From: an uncultured Planctomycetia bacterium
GTDB taxonomy: Bacteria > Omnitrophota > Gorgyraeia > Duberdicusellales > 4484-171
Reading direction: 5' to 3'
Assembly: GCA_964635565.1 (NCBI GenBank)
Contig: CAZWON010000006.1
Span: forward strand, 10,837 to 74,836
Length of the DNA stretch: 64,000 nucleotides
Shown: positions 18,790 through 29,312 of the stretch, piece after piece
Layout: the number at the start of each line of letters is the position of its first letter
Position numbering within the stretch: the first letter of the stretch is position 1
Made by a program: the position numbers and the translations under genes
Notes under the pieces: generated by a model
What the model was told of the DNA's origin: nothing
The model's database searches: none
What the model saw: the letters and a program-made list of their open reading frames with translations, nothing else

Positions 18790-19865
18790 ATAGGTATATA
18801 ATAAAAAAAATTGTCTTATCCTATTTATTTGTTGTGTTTAGTTTTATTGGCCTCCATTTTATTATTGACCTCTTCTCTCATTTAAAAGATTTTTTGGAGG
18901 CAAAAGTATCATTGTATATTATTCTTCAATATTATATCTATTCTTTACCTCTGTTTTTCCTCCGCACAAGTTCTTTTGCTATGCCAATAAGTATTTTATA
19001 TTCTGTGGGAGAACTTAACCGCAACAATGAAATAATAAGCATGCGCTCATCGGGTATAAGCATTGAGAGGCTTGCTTTACCTATATTGTTCTTTGCTCTA
19101 TTCCTCTCTTTTTTCTCGCTTTTTTTACAGGAAAATGTCCTTATTTATTCGCAAAAAAAAGCTGACGATACAATTATAGAATTTGTGAAAACCAAAAGTG
19201 GCAAACAGAGAATAGAAAGAAATCTTGTATTCCGCAGTGACAGTCAACTTTTTTTTGCTTCAGAATTTATTCCCCAGAAAAACATACTTAAAGGTGTAAC
19301 GATACTAAAAGGAAATACAGAAGGAAACATAGAAGAAAAAATTATGTGTCAAACAGTTACATATAAAAAACATCAGTGGGAGGCATATGAAGTTATAAGT
19401 TATAAATTAAATAAATATGGAGAAATGATTGGACAACCTATCTTAGAACATAAACGGATAATTACACTGACTATTAAACCCAAAGAAATACTTCTGAAAA
19501 AGAACTCTCTAAGCGAGTATATACCTTTAAAAAAAATAAAGAAAGAGATAAAAATGCTCAAAAAAGAACCCTCTTCTAACCTTATAAATAATCTTATAAT
19601 AAATTACCACAAGAAAATTGCTGAACCTTTCGCTCACCTTTTCTTAACTATAGGAGTACTGCCTTTTGCCTTTGAAATAAGAAAAAGAAAGGTAGCTTTA
19701 TCCGCTCTTGCAGGCGGATTTATGTTTGGATTTCTCTATTACTTAATTTTCTCCATCAGTATCTCTTTGGGGAGAAAAGATATTCTTATTCCCTATCTAA
19801 GTAGTTGGGTTGCTCCTTTATTCTTTCTTGCCATGGGCATAAGTGGAATTATTTTGATAAGATAG
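18777..19865 (+). CDS. lptG: LPS export permease LptG/LptF family
   Basis: MHILDRYIIKKIVLSYLFVVFSFIGLHFIID start. Paired with the previous gene. Confidence 0.75.
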   Translation: MHILDRYIIKKIVLSYLFVVFSFIGLHFIIDLFSHLKDFLEAKVSLYIILQYYIYSLPLFFLRTSSFAMPISILYSVGELNRNNEIISMRSSGISIERLALPILFFALFLSFFSLFLQENVLIYSQKKADDTIIEFVKTKSGKQRIERNLVFRSDSQLFFASEFIPQKNILKGVTILKGNTEGNIEEKIMCQTVTYKKHQWEAYEVISYKLNKYGEMIGQPILEHKRIITLTIKPKEILLKKNSLSEYIPLKKIKKEIKMLKKEPSSNLINNLIINYHKKIAEPFAHLFLTIGVLPFAFEIRKRKVALSALAGGFMFGFLYYLIFSISISLGRKDILIPYLSSWVAPLFFLAMGISGIILIR

Positions 19866-19932
19866 CGGAGAGTTTAGCGGATAGGGATTAGTTTATTTTT
19901 AGCGGTTAGCGGATAGAAAAAGCTGTTGACTG
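19866..19932. repeat. Convergent intergenic spacer with TAGCGGATAG-type direct repeats
   Basis: The sequence agatagcggagagtttagcggataggg...tagcggttagcggatag lies between the lptG stop and the alr stop. The reverse complement of tagcggata recurs at 60650..60660. Confidence 0.5.
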
Positions 19933-21066
19933 TTAGTGTTTAGGATGAATTGAATTCTTATAAATACGAGGGATTTTAAGAGAAAGGCGAGAAACAATCT
20001 CATAAGGGATGGTATCGCAATAATCTGCCAAATCCTCTACTGTTATCTTATGCCGGGGTGAGTTACCAATAAGAATTACTTCCTCCCCTGTTTTTATAGG
20101 GAAATTTTTTAGATTTACCATAATGTGGTCCATACATACTCTGCCTACTACATTAAACACTCTATCTTTAATAATCACTTTACTGCGATTAGAAAGCTTC
20201 CAAGGATAGCCATCAGCATAACCACATGCTACAGTAGCTACAAAACAAGGACGAGAAGCAATAAAAGTCCTTCCATAACTTATACTCCGTCCTTTATCTA
20301 CTTTCTTTACAAAAATTACTTTTGACTTTAAAGAAAGTAAAGGCTTGACTCTTATATCTAAAGAAGAAGGTTTTATGCCATATAATATCAAGCCAGGTCT
20401 TACTAAGTTAAAATGAGCTTCTTTATATCTCATTAATCCAATACTATTAGCACAATGAAGATACTCAAATTTAATTCCTTCCTTTTCTAAAGCGCCAACC
20501 ACCTCGTTAAATATTCTTATCTGTCTTTCAGTAAATTTGTAGTCAGTATCAGCGGAAGGAAAATGAGTATACAGACCTTCCTGTTTTAAGTTTTTAAAAT
20601 GGCTTAATTTCTTAATAAAATACATACTTTCTTTATACCATATTCCTAATCTACCCATCCCTGTATCAATCTTTACATGGATGCTAAGCATCTTATTTCT
20701 TTTTTTTGCTTCTCTATTTAATTTCTCGGCAAATGATAAATCGACTACAGTAGGAGTAACTTTATATTTTATAAGCTCTCCCGCAAATTTTTTATCTACT
20801 GCGCTTAATATAAGAATAGGACCTTCTAGACCTTCTCTTCTTAAGGCGATTGCTTCTTCTAAGCTTCCTAATCCAAAAAAATCTACTCCTAAAAATGACA
20901 ATTCTTTTGCTAAAGGAATAAGGCCGTGTCCGTAGGCTTCCTGTTTTAATGTTGCCATTACTTTTACTTTTCTACCTACTATTTTTTTAATCTTTTGGAA
21001 ATTATACCTTAATGCTCCTAAATCTATTTCTATCCACAACGGTCTATACATAATATCCTCACTCAA
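19933..21066 (-). CDS. alr: Alanine racemase
   Basis: PLP-lysine motif VMATLKQEAYGHG. Length 377 aa. Confidence 0.85.
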   Translation of the reverse strand: MSEDIMYRPLWIEIDLGALRYNFQKIKKIVGRKVKVMATLKQEAYGHGLIPLAKELSFLGVDFFGLGSLEEAIALRREGLEGPILILSAVDKKFAGELIKYKVTPTVVDLSFAEKLNREAKKRNKMLSIHVKIDTGMGRLGIWYKESMYFIKKLSHFKNLKQEGLYTHFPSADTDYKFTERQIRIFNEVVGALEKEGIKFEYLHCANSIGLMRYKEAHFNLVRPGLILYGIKPSSLDIRVKPLLSLKSKVIFVKKVDKGRSISYGRTFIASRPCFVATVACGYADGYPWKLSNRSKVIIKDRVFNVVGRVCMDHIMVNLKNFPIKTGEEVILIGNSPRHKITVEDLADYCDTIPYEIVSRLSLKIPRIYKNSIHPKH

Positions 21067-21149
21067 GCTTACCGTAATTAACGAAAAAAGAATGTAAGTC
21101 TATAATGCCACTTTATTTAATAGTCTAAATTTTTTAGTTTTTAAATTTC

Positions 21150-21200
21150 TACTTTGATATAAGCTATGAACTATGAGATAATTTTCTATTGGTTAATCCC
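21150..21200. repeat. Copy of the intergenic box element AGCTATGAACTATGAGATAATTTTCTATTGGTTAA
   Basis: It shares an exact 16-mer, agctatgaactatgag, with 60574..60589. About 35 nt in total are near-identical. Located 108 nt upstream of the alr start. Confidence 0.7.
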
Positions 21201-21210
21201 TTTAATAATA

Positions 21211-21885
21211 CTACCCTCTATATATTTTCCTTACCTGACAGTCCTTAGGATAAATATACAACGGTTCCAATTTATCCAAAGAAGTAAATTTTTTATTCAA
21301 AACGTATTCTCTTGAAAGCATCAAAAGAAATCTTGCGCGTGGCCATATATCTTTAGGATAAAAATTTAAATCTTTCTTAATACTTAAAGCCTTTTCTCTT
21401 AAGAAAGCGTCGTAGGTAACAAACGTATACGAAGAATACCTCCTTATAAATTCCTCTAAAGAATATAAGTTTTCTTTTCTCTCTCTCATAATTTTACCAT
21501 TTTTTATTATAAAAGGTGCCCCGTAAATAAGATTTCTTCTTGCATCAGAGAACATAGCAACTTTTTTGTGTTTACTTTTCAGCTGATTCACACAAGAAAA
21601 GAAACTTCCTATACTAACTACAGGTTTATTCAACGATAAACTAAAAGCTTTTATAATACTAAATGATATGCGCAATCCTGTAAATGAACCAGGCCCTTTC
21701 CCTATGCAAAAAGCATTAAAATCTTTTAAAGAAATAGAGAGCCTCTCTATCGCATTTTTAAGATGGACTATTACCTCGGAGGCTCCATATTTTTTACGAC
21801 GATTAAATTCAAAAATCACCTCACTATTTATCATTATGGCAAAAGATATAAACTCGGTTGATGTATCAATACCCAATAAGTTCAT
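21211..21885 (-). CDS. tsaB: tRNA t6A37 threonylcarbamoyladenosine biosynthesis protein TsaB
   Basis: MNLLGIDTSTEFISFAI N-terminus. Adjacent to tsaE. Confidence 0.8.
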   Translation of the reverse strand: MNLLGIDTSTEFISFAIMINSEVIFEFNRRKKYGASEVIVHLKNAIERLSISLKDFNAFCIGKGPGSFTGLRISFSIIKAFSLSLNKPVVSIGSFFSCVNQLKSKHKKVAMFSDARRNLIYGAPFIIKNGKIMRERKENLYSLEEFIRRYSSYTFVTYDAFLREKALSIKKDLNFYPKDIWPRARFLLMLSREYVLNKKFTSLDKLEPLYIYPKDCQVRKIYRG

Positions 21886-21899
21886 CTCAATTATAAACT

Positions 21900-22361
21900 T
21901 TAGCTATAACAACTTAACTCTGTTAGTTTAGCCTTAGGATATCCTTTTAGAGTAATAATAATTTTACGCTTTTTGAATTCTATAAATCCTATTCTTACTT
22001 TTATATACTCAGGCAGAATATCTTCTATTCTTTCCCCCCATTCAATTAAAGTTACTCCTGGGGGATTGTAAAAAAACTGCTGGTAATCTAAATTTATAAG
22101 CTCTTTCTTTCTCTCTATACGGTAAAGGTCAATATGATACACCTTTAAGTCAGATTTGCTGTACTCTTTTATAATAGTAAAGGTAGGACTTATAATATCC
22201 TTTTCTCTAAACCCAAATCCTCTTAACACTCCTTTTATAAAGGTAGTTTTCCCTACCCCTAACCCTCCCTCAAATATTACAACATCACCAACACAAAGAA
22301 TTTTTCTTAATTTCTGGCCTAAAAGTTTTGTCTCTCTATCAGAGGTAGTTATAAATTTCAT
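21900..22361 (-). CDS. tsaE: tRNA t6A37 ATPase TsaE
   Basis: P-loop GGLGVGKTTFIKG. Length 153 aa. Confidence 0.85.
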   Translation of the reverse strand: MKFITTSDRETKLLGQKLRKILCVGDVVIFEGGLGVGKTTFIKGVLRGFGFREKDIISPTFTIIKEYSKSDLKVYHIDLYRIERKKELINLDYQQFFYNPPGVTLIEWGERIEDILPEYIKVRIGFIEFKKRKIIITLKGYPKAKLTELSCYS

Positions 22362-22377
22362 TATTTACTTTAATTTA

Positions 22378-23235
22378 TCAGAAATGCATGTATCCTCTGA
22401 TATTTATTTTTTCTTTCTTTTTCTTATCTTTAAAATAGTACCCTTCTTTAATACTTTTAACAACTCCTACAAAATAAAACTTTTTCTTCAGCAACTCTAT
22501 TTTTTTCTCATTTCTATCTACAGTAAAAATAAGTCCGTAGTCTTCCCCTCGATACATATCTTTTATATTACAAGTAACAGGTACTCTATCTTTATACAAA
22601 ATAGCACCTTTTCTACTTTCTTTTAAAATCCTGTAAAGGTCAATAATAAATCCATCTGAGATATCAATCATAGCATTAACCTTAAAATTTTTTACTAAAT
22701 AACGGACTTCTTTAAGCGGAGGTATAAATGGTTTATTAAAAGCCAGCTTCCCCAATTTAGCAGTAACAAAAATATAATCTCCTATTCTTGCTGTACTTCT
22801 TAAAATAGGCTTTTTTGTCTGCCCCATCACCCAGATATCAAGAAAGAGTTTTTTTGCCTTTGAGGTATCTCCACCTATTACTAAAGCACCGCATAAAGAG
22901 GCAATATTCTCTATACCATTTATTATTTTCTTTATACTATCGGGGGTAATATATGAAGGAATCCCTGCTGACACAATAATAAACTTCGGTTCACCACCAC
23001 ATGCAGTAATATCAGAAATAGCACGGGCAGTAGCACGTTTTCCTATATTAAGAAAAGAGATTTCTTTTAACCTAAAATGCACATCCTCAATGAATAAATC
23101 ACTGCTTATAAGATAATATTTATTTTTTTCTTTTATAACCGCACAGTCCTCACCAATACCCGCGAGGATACTTTTGTTTTTCTTAGCTTTTTTCTTTAAA
23201 AATCTAACCCAATCTAACTCACTAAAACCTATCAT
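22378..23235 (-). CDS. thiL: Thiamine-monophosphate kinase (AIR synthase-related fold)
   Basis: GEDCAVI ... DLFIEDVHF N-terminal block. Conserved thiL-tsaE adjacency. Confidence 0.65.
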   Translation of the reverse strand: MIGFSELDWVRFLKKKAKKNKSILAGIGEDCAVIKEKNKYYLISSDLFIEDVHFRLKEISFLNIGKRATARAISDITACGGEPKFIIVSAGIPSYITPDSIKKIINGIENIASLCGALVIGGDTSKAKKLFLDIWVMGQTKKPILRSTARIGDYIFVTAKLGKLAFNKPFIPPLKEVRYLVKNFKVNAMIDISDGFIIDLYRILKESRKGAILYKDRVPVTCNIKDMYRGEDYGLIFTVDRNEKKIELLKKKFYFVGVVKSIKEGYYFKDKKKKEKINIRGYMHF

Positions 23236-23359
23236 CTTATCTTTCCTGAAACCAGATATACGCTGATATTATAGCTTAAATAAAGCATTATTCAAAGGAG
23301 AAGATTAAATTCTTTTTTATAAGTAAAGCGAATTAATGATATTTAAAACATATGAAGAG

Positions 23360-24403
23360 TCACCTTAGGTTTTGGCTTAATCTTCTTATGTTTTGCTTAA
23401 AAGGAGGATAGATTATCCCCTTATCAGTAACTATTGCAGTGATAAGTTTATGAGGGGTAATATCAAAAGCAGGGTTATAAACCTTAAAATTTTTGGGAAC
23501 AATTCTAAACTTCCCTAAAATTTTCCTTACTTCATTAGGATCTCGCTGTTCAATAGGTATATATTTACCTGTCTCTATACTAAGATCGAAACTAGTTAAA
23601 GGAGCAACTACATAAAAAGGGATTCTATGATAATGGGCCAAGATTGCTAAATTGTAGGTCCCTATTTTATTTGCTACATCACCATTTTTTGCAATACGGT
23701 CCGCTCCTACAAAGATCTTATCAACCATTTTCTTTTGACAAAGATACGCTGCCATATCATCACAGATAAGGATGGCATCAATTTTCTTTTTCTTAAGTTC
23801 CCAGCAAGTTAAACGTGCTCCTTGTAAAAGGGGCCTTGTCTCATCTACATAAACTTTTATCTTACGGTAACGCTGTTTTGCTGCATAAATAATCCCTAAA
23901 GCAGTACCGTAATGTGATGTTGCAAGAAAGCCTGTATTACAGTGGGTAAGAATAGCATCTCCTTTTTTTATAAGACTAACTCCAAATCTTGCTATCCTTT
24001 CACAAAGGATAACATCTTCAGCATAGATAGCCTCTGCTTCCTTTAAAATAATTCTTTTAAGTTCTTTAATATCTTCTGCTGTACTATTATATACTGCTTT
24101 AATTATCCTTGACAAAGCCCAGGAAAGATTAACCGCAGTAGGACGACAACTCTTTAAATATGTAACCACCTTATCTAAATAAGATAAGAAATCTCTCCTT
24201 TTACCTTTAAATTTGGCTAAAGAAATATATACACTGTAAGCGCAAAATACTCCAATTAAAGGGGCGCCTCTTACTTTAAGTTTTTTAATTGCTTCGTAAG
24301 CATCTTTTAATCCTCTGCATTCTCTATAAACTTCTTTATAAGGAAGGCGTGTCTGGTCAAGATAGTAAAGATGTCCCTCTCTAAAAATAATTGCTTTGCT
24401 CAT
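23360..24403 (-). CDS. mtnA: S-methyl-5-thioribose-1-phosphate isomerase (eIF-2B alpha/beta/delta family)
   Basis: LDQTRLPYKEVYRECRGLKDAYEAIKKLKVRGAPLIG. Length 347 aa. Confidence 0.8.
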   Translation of the reverse strand: MSKAIIFREGHLYYLDQTRLPYKEVYRECRGLKDAYEAIKKLKVRGAPLIGVFCAYSVYISLAKFKGKRRDFLSYLDKVVTYLKSCRPTAVNLSWALSRIIKAVYNSTAEDIKELKRIILKEAEAIYAEDVILCERIARFGVSLIKKGDAILTHCNTGFLATSHYGTALGIIYAAKQRYRKIKVYVDETRPLLQGARLTCWELKKKKIDAILICDDMAAYLCQKKMVDKIFVGADRIAKNGDVANKIGTYNLAILAHYHRIPFYVVAPLTSFDLSIETGKYIPIEQRDPNEVRKILGKFRIVPKNFKVYNPAFDITPHKLITAIVTDKGIIYPPFKQNIRRLSQNLR

Positions 24404-25503
24404 AAAAAATCTTTAATTTTAAGTAGAAAACTTTTCTCAATACCAATTGCCTTAAAACGGCATACTTCAAAACAACACATACAGCGAATACATTTTGAAT
24501 AATCTATCCAGGCCTTTTGTTTTTTAATTACTATTGCTGAAAGAGGGCAGCTCTTAATACAATCATTGCATCCTCTGCATAAATCTCTATTTACTTTTGG
24601 GTATATCTTTATAAAAGGACTTAACATTTTTATAACAAAAATAGGAAGATTATTAACAAAAAATTGAGAAGGAAGCTTAAAATCTTTAACTGTAAAATCA
24701 CTCTCTGATACTATTTTAACGCTGTTACTATTAAAGTACCCTTTAGCTTCAGCAAGCCTTATAAGAGGATTCTTATCTTTAGATAAACCGATGATTCTTG
24801 ATACAGCATAGTCCACGCAAAGAGCATCGTCTCCTATAGCCACAAACTCTGTATGTCGTGGGACACCTCCTGTTGCTGGCCCCTCACCTTCCAAAGAAAC
24901 AATACCATCAACAATACTAAGAGTTGGCTTAATCAACTTATATAATTCCAGCAATAACCCTATAAAATCTTTAGTTTTGGGGTATAATTTGTGAAGAATA
25001 TTTTTGTAAGCTCCACTTATACAGCCATAAAGATTTTTTACAGCACAGGTAATAATGGTTATATTATGAGTCTTAAACTTGGGTAAGTTTATTATCGTAA
25101 AGTCGCGAGACCATTTTGAAAAAGGAATCCCTTCTAAAATATAAGTTGAAGAAGGATAAAGCAATTTAAAATTATTACGATATGCTAAATCTTCAATCTG
25201 TGTCTCCCTATATACTTTTTCTACACTAGTCTCAGTATTAAAAACAGAAGGATTATCTGCTATATAAACATCTAATCCTTTTTCTTTAAATACGCAACCT
25301 ACCGCTTCCACAAATACAGGATGAGTTGTAATTGCGTAATTAGGATTTACAGACGTAAGAAGATTGGGTTTAAGGAGAACTTTGTTCCCTTTAATCATTT
25401 TATCCAAAGAAAAGAAATTATCTAAGGCTTTTTTTATCTCCTGTTTTAATAAACTTAGACTGTATTCCTTAACCCTCAATAAGATAACTCTTTTTTCCTG
25501 CAC
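24400..25503 (-). CDS. DUF362-domain protein with a C-terminal 2x[4Fe-4S] ferredoxin domain
   Basis: C-terminal CRGCNDCIKSCP ... CIRCMCCFEVC. N-terminal DUF362-like region. Confidence 0.6.
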   Translation of the reverse strand: MQEKRVILLRVKEYSLSLLKQEIKKALDNFFSLDKMIKGNKVLLKPNLLTSVNPNYAITTHPVFVEAVGCVFKEKGLDVYIADNPSVFNTETSVEKVYRETQIEDLAYRNNFKLLYPSSTYILEGIPFSKWSRDFTIINLPKFKTHNITIITCAVKNLYGCISGAYKNILHKLYPKTKDFIGLLLELYKLIKPTLSIVDGIVSLEGEGPATGGVPRHTEFVAIGDDALCVDYAVSRIIGLSKDKNPLIRLAEAKGYFNSNSVKIVSESDFTVKDFKLPSQFFVNNLPIFVIKMLSPFIKIYPKVNRDLCRGCNDCIKSCPLSAIVIKKQKAWIDYSKCIRCMCCFEVCRFKAIGIEKSFLLKIKDFL

Positions 25504-25511
25504 TTTATTCT

Positions 25512-26252
25512 TTAAAAACTAAAAATTCTTTTAGCATTAGAATAAACTGTGTTTTTTAGTTCATCCAATGAGATATTTCTTATGTGAGCAGTGTAATTAT
25601 AAACTTTTATTATATCAAAGGGAATAGAATATTCGCCGTATATCTTCATATAGGGAGAATCTGTTTCTAAAAGCAGATTATCAAGGGGAATATACTTAAG
25701 TGCCTCATCGAGTTTATTTTTTCTCCTTAAAATATTAAGAGAAAAAGATACGTTTCCTTTTTTTTCTATGATATGTTTTAAAAAATTTATGTCCTGGGAG
25801 AAACAATGAAAAATAACTTTTGAATAATCAGTAAAATATTTATCAAGTATAGAAAAAATCTCATCATTATGCCAGCGATTATGAAGCATAAGAGGCAAAT
25901 CAAACTCTTTAGAAAGACTTATAAACTTTTCTAAGATACTTCTCTGCTGTTGGTAAGACAATGCAGCTTTGTAGTCTAAACCAACTTCTCCTATAGCTAC
26001 TATTTTCTTATTGTCTAAAAGAAAATCTCTATATTTATTTATTGTATCTGAAGAGAATTGTCTACCACCTAAAGGATGAAACCCTAAGGAAGTATATACA
26101 AAATCATAGCTACAAGAAAGACTTATGGACTCTAAAGAGCTATTTAAATCAACGCTTATATCAATGAAGATGTAGCCAGAAGAATTATTTAATATATTCT
26201 TTTGTGTTTCACCAGATAGAGAATTTATATGGCAATGGGCATCAATCAGCAT
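25512..26252 (-). CDS. tatD: TatD-family metal-dependent hydrolase/DNase
   Basis: MLIDAHCHIN start. Conserved metG-tatD adjacency. Confidence 0.85.
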   Translation of the reverse strand: MLIDAHCHINSLSGETQKNILNNSSGYIFIDISVDLNSSLESISLSCSYDFVYTSLGFHPLGGRQFSSDTINKYRDFLLDNKKIVAIGEVGLDYKAALSYQQQRSILEKFISLSKEFDLPLMLHNRWHNDEIFSILDKYFTDYSKVIFHCFSQDINFLKHIIEKKGNVSFSLNILRRKNKLDEALKYIPLDNLLLETDSPYMKIYGEYSIPFDIIKVYNYTAHIRNISLDELKNTVYSNAKRIFSF

Positions 26253-27768
26253 CTATTCTGGGGAAAAGAGGAGTTTCTTTTCTTATCGTAAATCCTTTGC
26301 TCTGCCACACTGTATCTTTTAAAGACACACAATCGTTTACACCTAGCTGGTCAAAAATCTTTTTGCTAGTATCTGGCATAAAAGGATAAATATAAATAGC
26401 GGTTATTCTTATCCCTTCCAAAAGGGAAAATAAAAAACCTCTCAACTCATCCTCTTTTTTCTCTTTCCATAAAAGCCAAGGTTTTGTATATTCAATAAAT
26501 TTATTCATAGTATTGACAAACTGCCACACAATATCCAAAACAGAAGAAAAACTAACATCTCTCATAAAAGGAATATATTTTTCATACAGACACTCCAATG
26601 CTTCTTTTAAAAAAGAGGGTATATCTCTATTGTACGGTTGAATATTGCCTTCAAAATACTTCTCTGCCATATTAAGAGTGCGGTAAACTAAATTACCTAA
26701 ATCATTCGCCAGGTCGCTATTTAAGCGGTGAATAATTGCCTCCCACGAAAAGTTACCATCCATCCCCACGGGCACTTCTCTTAAGAGAAAATAGCGTAAA
26801 CCGTCCACACCAATCTTCTCAATGAGTTGAAGAGGATTAACAATATTCCCTCTGGACTTAGAAATTTTATCTTCTCCCACTTTCCACCAGCCATGAGCAA
26901 ATATTATCTGAGGGGGTTTTATCCCTAAAGCATAAAGCATTATAGGCCAGAATATGGCATGGTGTCTTAGGATATCTTTGCCAATAAACTGAATCTCTGC
27001 AGGCCACCATTTTCTAAACCTGATCTCATCATAACCAAAACCTACAGCACTAATATAATTTAAAAGAGCATCAAACCACACATATACAACAAAATTATCA
27101 TCCAAAGGAAAATCTATGCCCCAGGAGACCCTCTTTTTAGGACGAGAAATACATAAGTCCTCTAAATGATTGCCTTCTAAAAATGACATTACCTCGTTGT
27201 ATCTTACCGTAGGTTTTATAAAATCAGGATTGTCTTTTAAGTGATTCTTAAGCCACTTTTCATATTTAGAAAGTTTAAAAAAGTAGTTATTTTCAACGAT
27301 CTCTTCAACTTCTCTTTTACAACTGGGACAACCGTTGCTTTCTTTAATCTGTGCTTCTGTCCAGAAAGATTCACAAGGAACGCAGTAAAACCCTTTATAT
27401 TCTGCTTTATACACATCTCCCTTCTCGTAAAGAATATTTATCACCCTTCTTACCACATCTTTGTGATAGCTATCTGTAGTGCGGATAAAGTAATCATAAG
27501 AAACATTCAATTTGCGCCATAAATCTTTAAATATCTCTACCTTACTATCTACAAATTTTCCTATAGCAACACCTTCTCTTTCTGCTGCCTTCTTAATTTT
27601 CTCTCCATGCTCATCAGTGCCTGTAAGAAAAAAAACATCGGTATTATTTAATCTGGCAAAGCGGGCAAGGCAATCACAAATGACATTGGTATAAGCATGT
27701 CCTATATGAGGAGAAGCATTCACATAATACAAAGGCGTAGTAATATAAAATTTATTCATTCTTATCAA
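26242..27768 (-). CDS. metG: Methionine--tRNA ligase (short form, no C-terminal tRNA-binding domain)
   Basis: HIGH motif (SPHIGHAYT). Zn knuckle CVPCESF ... CPSCKRE. KMSKS motif (KISKSRGN). Confidence 0.9.
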   Translation of the reverse strand: MIRMNKFYITTPLYYVNASPHIGHAYTNVICDCLARFARLNNTDVFFLTGTDEHGEKIKKAAEREGVAIGKFVDSKVEIFKDLWRKLNVSYDYFIRTTDSYHKDVVRRVINILYEKGDVYKAEYKGFYCVPCESFWTEAQIKESNGCPSCKREVEEIVENNYFFKLSKYEKWLKNHLKDNPDFIKPTVRYNEVMSFLEGNHLEDLCISRPKKRVSWGIDFPLDDNFVVYVWFDALLNYISAVGFGYDEIRFRKWWPAEIQFIGKDILRHHAIFWPIMLYALGIKPPQIIFAHGWWKVGEDKISKSRGNIVNPLQLIEKIGVDGLRYFLLREVPVGMDGNFSWEAIIHRLNSDLANDLGNLVYRTLNMAEKYFEGNIQPYNRDIPSFLKEALECLYEKYIPFMRDVSFSSVLDIVWQFVNTMNKFIEYTKPWLLWKEKKEDELRGFLFSLLEGIRITAIYIYPFMPDTSKKIFDQLGVNDCVSLKDTVWQSKGFTIRKETPLFPRIDAD

Positions 27769-28525
27769 AAACTATTTTTTCTATCCGTTTATCTTCTAAC
27801 TCTACATACACGGTTCGTCTCAATATATTCACAGAAATAACAGTGCCTTTACCAGAAGAAGTAGTAATTTTATCCCCCTCTTTAGGGAGACCTTTTGCAA
27901 GTTCGCGGTAATGCTTATACTCATAGAAAAGACAACACATAAGCCTACCACATATTCCTGATATCTTGGAAGGATTAAGAGGAAGTCTCTGCTGTTTCGC
28001 CATCTTAATACTTACAGGCTCAAAATTCTTCAAAAACGTCGCGCAACATAAACTTCTACCGCAGGGTCCAATTCCTCCAAAAAGTCTTGTCTCATCTCTT
28101 ACTCCAATCTGGCGCATTTCTATTCTAATTCTGAATACTTTTGCTAAGTATTTTACCAATTCTCTAAAATCAACACGCTCCTCAGAAGTAAAATAAAAAA
28201 TAATCTTCTTTTTATCAAAAGAATATTCTGCTTCTACAAGCTTCATTGACAGATTATACTCCTTTATTTTATTAAAACATATCTTTATAGCTTCTTTTGC
28301 CATTTTTTGATTATCCTTTATCTTCCTCGTATCCTCCCCTGTAACCTTCCGTATAACTTTCTTAAGAGAAAGAGCATTTGAGGTTTCATTTATCTCTAAA
28401 ATTTCTCCATAATCTAAACCTCTATCTGCTTCAACAATAACATAATCTCCCACATTTAAATCATCAGAGGCTAAATATACAGTAATATTACCCGCTTCTC
28501 TCAAACGCACTACTGCTACTTTCAT
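27752..28525 (-). CDS. ricT: PSP1 C-terminal domain protein (RicT/YaaT-like)
   Basis: Conserved PSP1 blocks (RQIGVRDETRLFGGIGPCGRSLCC). Position after holB, as in Firmicutes. Confidence 0.75.
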   Translation of the reverse strand: MKVAVVRLREAGNITVYLASDDLNVGDYVIVEADRGLDYGEILEINETSNALSLKKVIRKVTGEDTRKIKDNQKMAKEAIKICFNKIKEYNLSMKLVEAEYSFDKKKIIFYFTSEERVDFRELVKYLAKVFRIRIEMRQIGVRDETRLFGGIGPCGRSLCCATFLKNFEPVSIKMAKQQRLPLNPSKISGICGRLMCCLFYEYKHYRELAKGLPKEGDKITTSSGKGTVISVNILRRTVYVELEDKRIEKIVFDKNE

Positions 28526-28532
28526 AAATCCT

Positions 28533-29312
28533 TTAACTAAAACTTAAACTTAAAAGGTTGCAGGCTAAATTTATATTTATATTATCAATTGCTCTATATA
28601 TCTTTAAAATCTCTTCTAATATCCTTTGCGCCTCATTAATCCTATAAGGGAAAAACTCCAATATTTTACAGCTATCTTTATCAATTAAATTTTTTGTGTC
28701 TCCTAACAGTCTATATACGATATATTCTCTCATAAGGGTAATCAATTGTAATATAAATGCAGATAAAGACTCTCTATCAGAGACATAAATACGTTTATTT
28801 CTTATGAAATCTATAACATCATCGTAAACAATATTTACTTTTTTTTCTATATGGGGCAAGTAAATTTTTCTACAACGAGATAAAATTGTAGGTAGCATTA
28901 AATCAGTGCGCTCAGAGAGTAAAATAATCAAACAATTTTGAGGAGGCTCTTCCAGCAACTTTAAAAAGGCATTTCCTGCCTCAAGAGTAAGAAGGTGGGC
29001 ATAATTAATAATTAAAACCTTAATTTTTGCCTGGAAACTTTTACAATAAAGAAACCTCTGAGATTGACGGATAAACTCTATTTTAATCATTTTCTTTGGG
29101 AAGTTGATAATAAAAAGATCAGGATGAGTCTGGGTATTAATTCTTAAACAATCATCACAAGCATCACAAAAATAATCACTAAAAGAGCAATTAATAAGCT
29201 TACTCACATCCAGCGCCAAATTGAGATTATCCCCAACAAAAAGATAAGAGGAACAAAGACGATTATGTTTGGCTAAATGGTAAAAATAGTCTATAATAGT
29301 TTCTTTTCTCAT
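28533..29312 (-). CDS. holB: DNA polymerase III delta-prime subunit (short form with degenerate Walker A)
   Basis: HPDLFIINFPKKMIKIEFIRQ ... LKLLEEPPQNCLIILLSE. The P-loop is replaced by YLFVGDNLNLAL. Overlaps tmk by 4 nt. Confidence 0.65.
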   Translation of the reverse strand: MRKETIIDYFYHLAKHNRLCSSYLFVGDNLNLALDVSKLINCSFSDYFCDACDDCLRINTQTHPDLFIINFPKKMIKIEFIRQSQRFLYCKSFQAKIKVLIINYAHLLTLEAGNAFLKLLEEPPQNCLIILLSERTDLMLPTILSRCRKIYLPHIEKKVNIVYDDVIDFIRNKRIYVSDRESLSAFILQLITLMREYIVYRLLGDTKNLIDKDSCKILEFFPYRINEAQRILEEILKIYRAIDNININLACNLLSLSFS

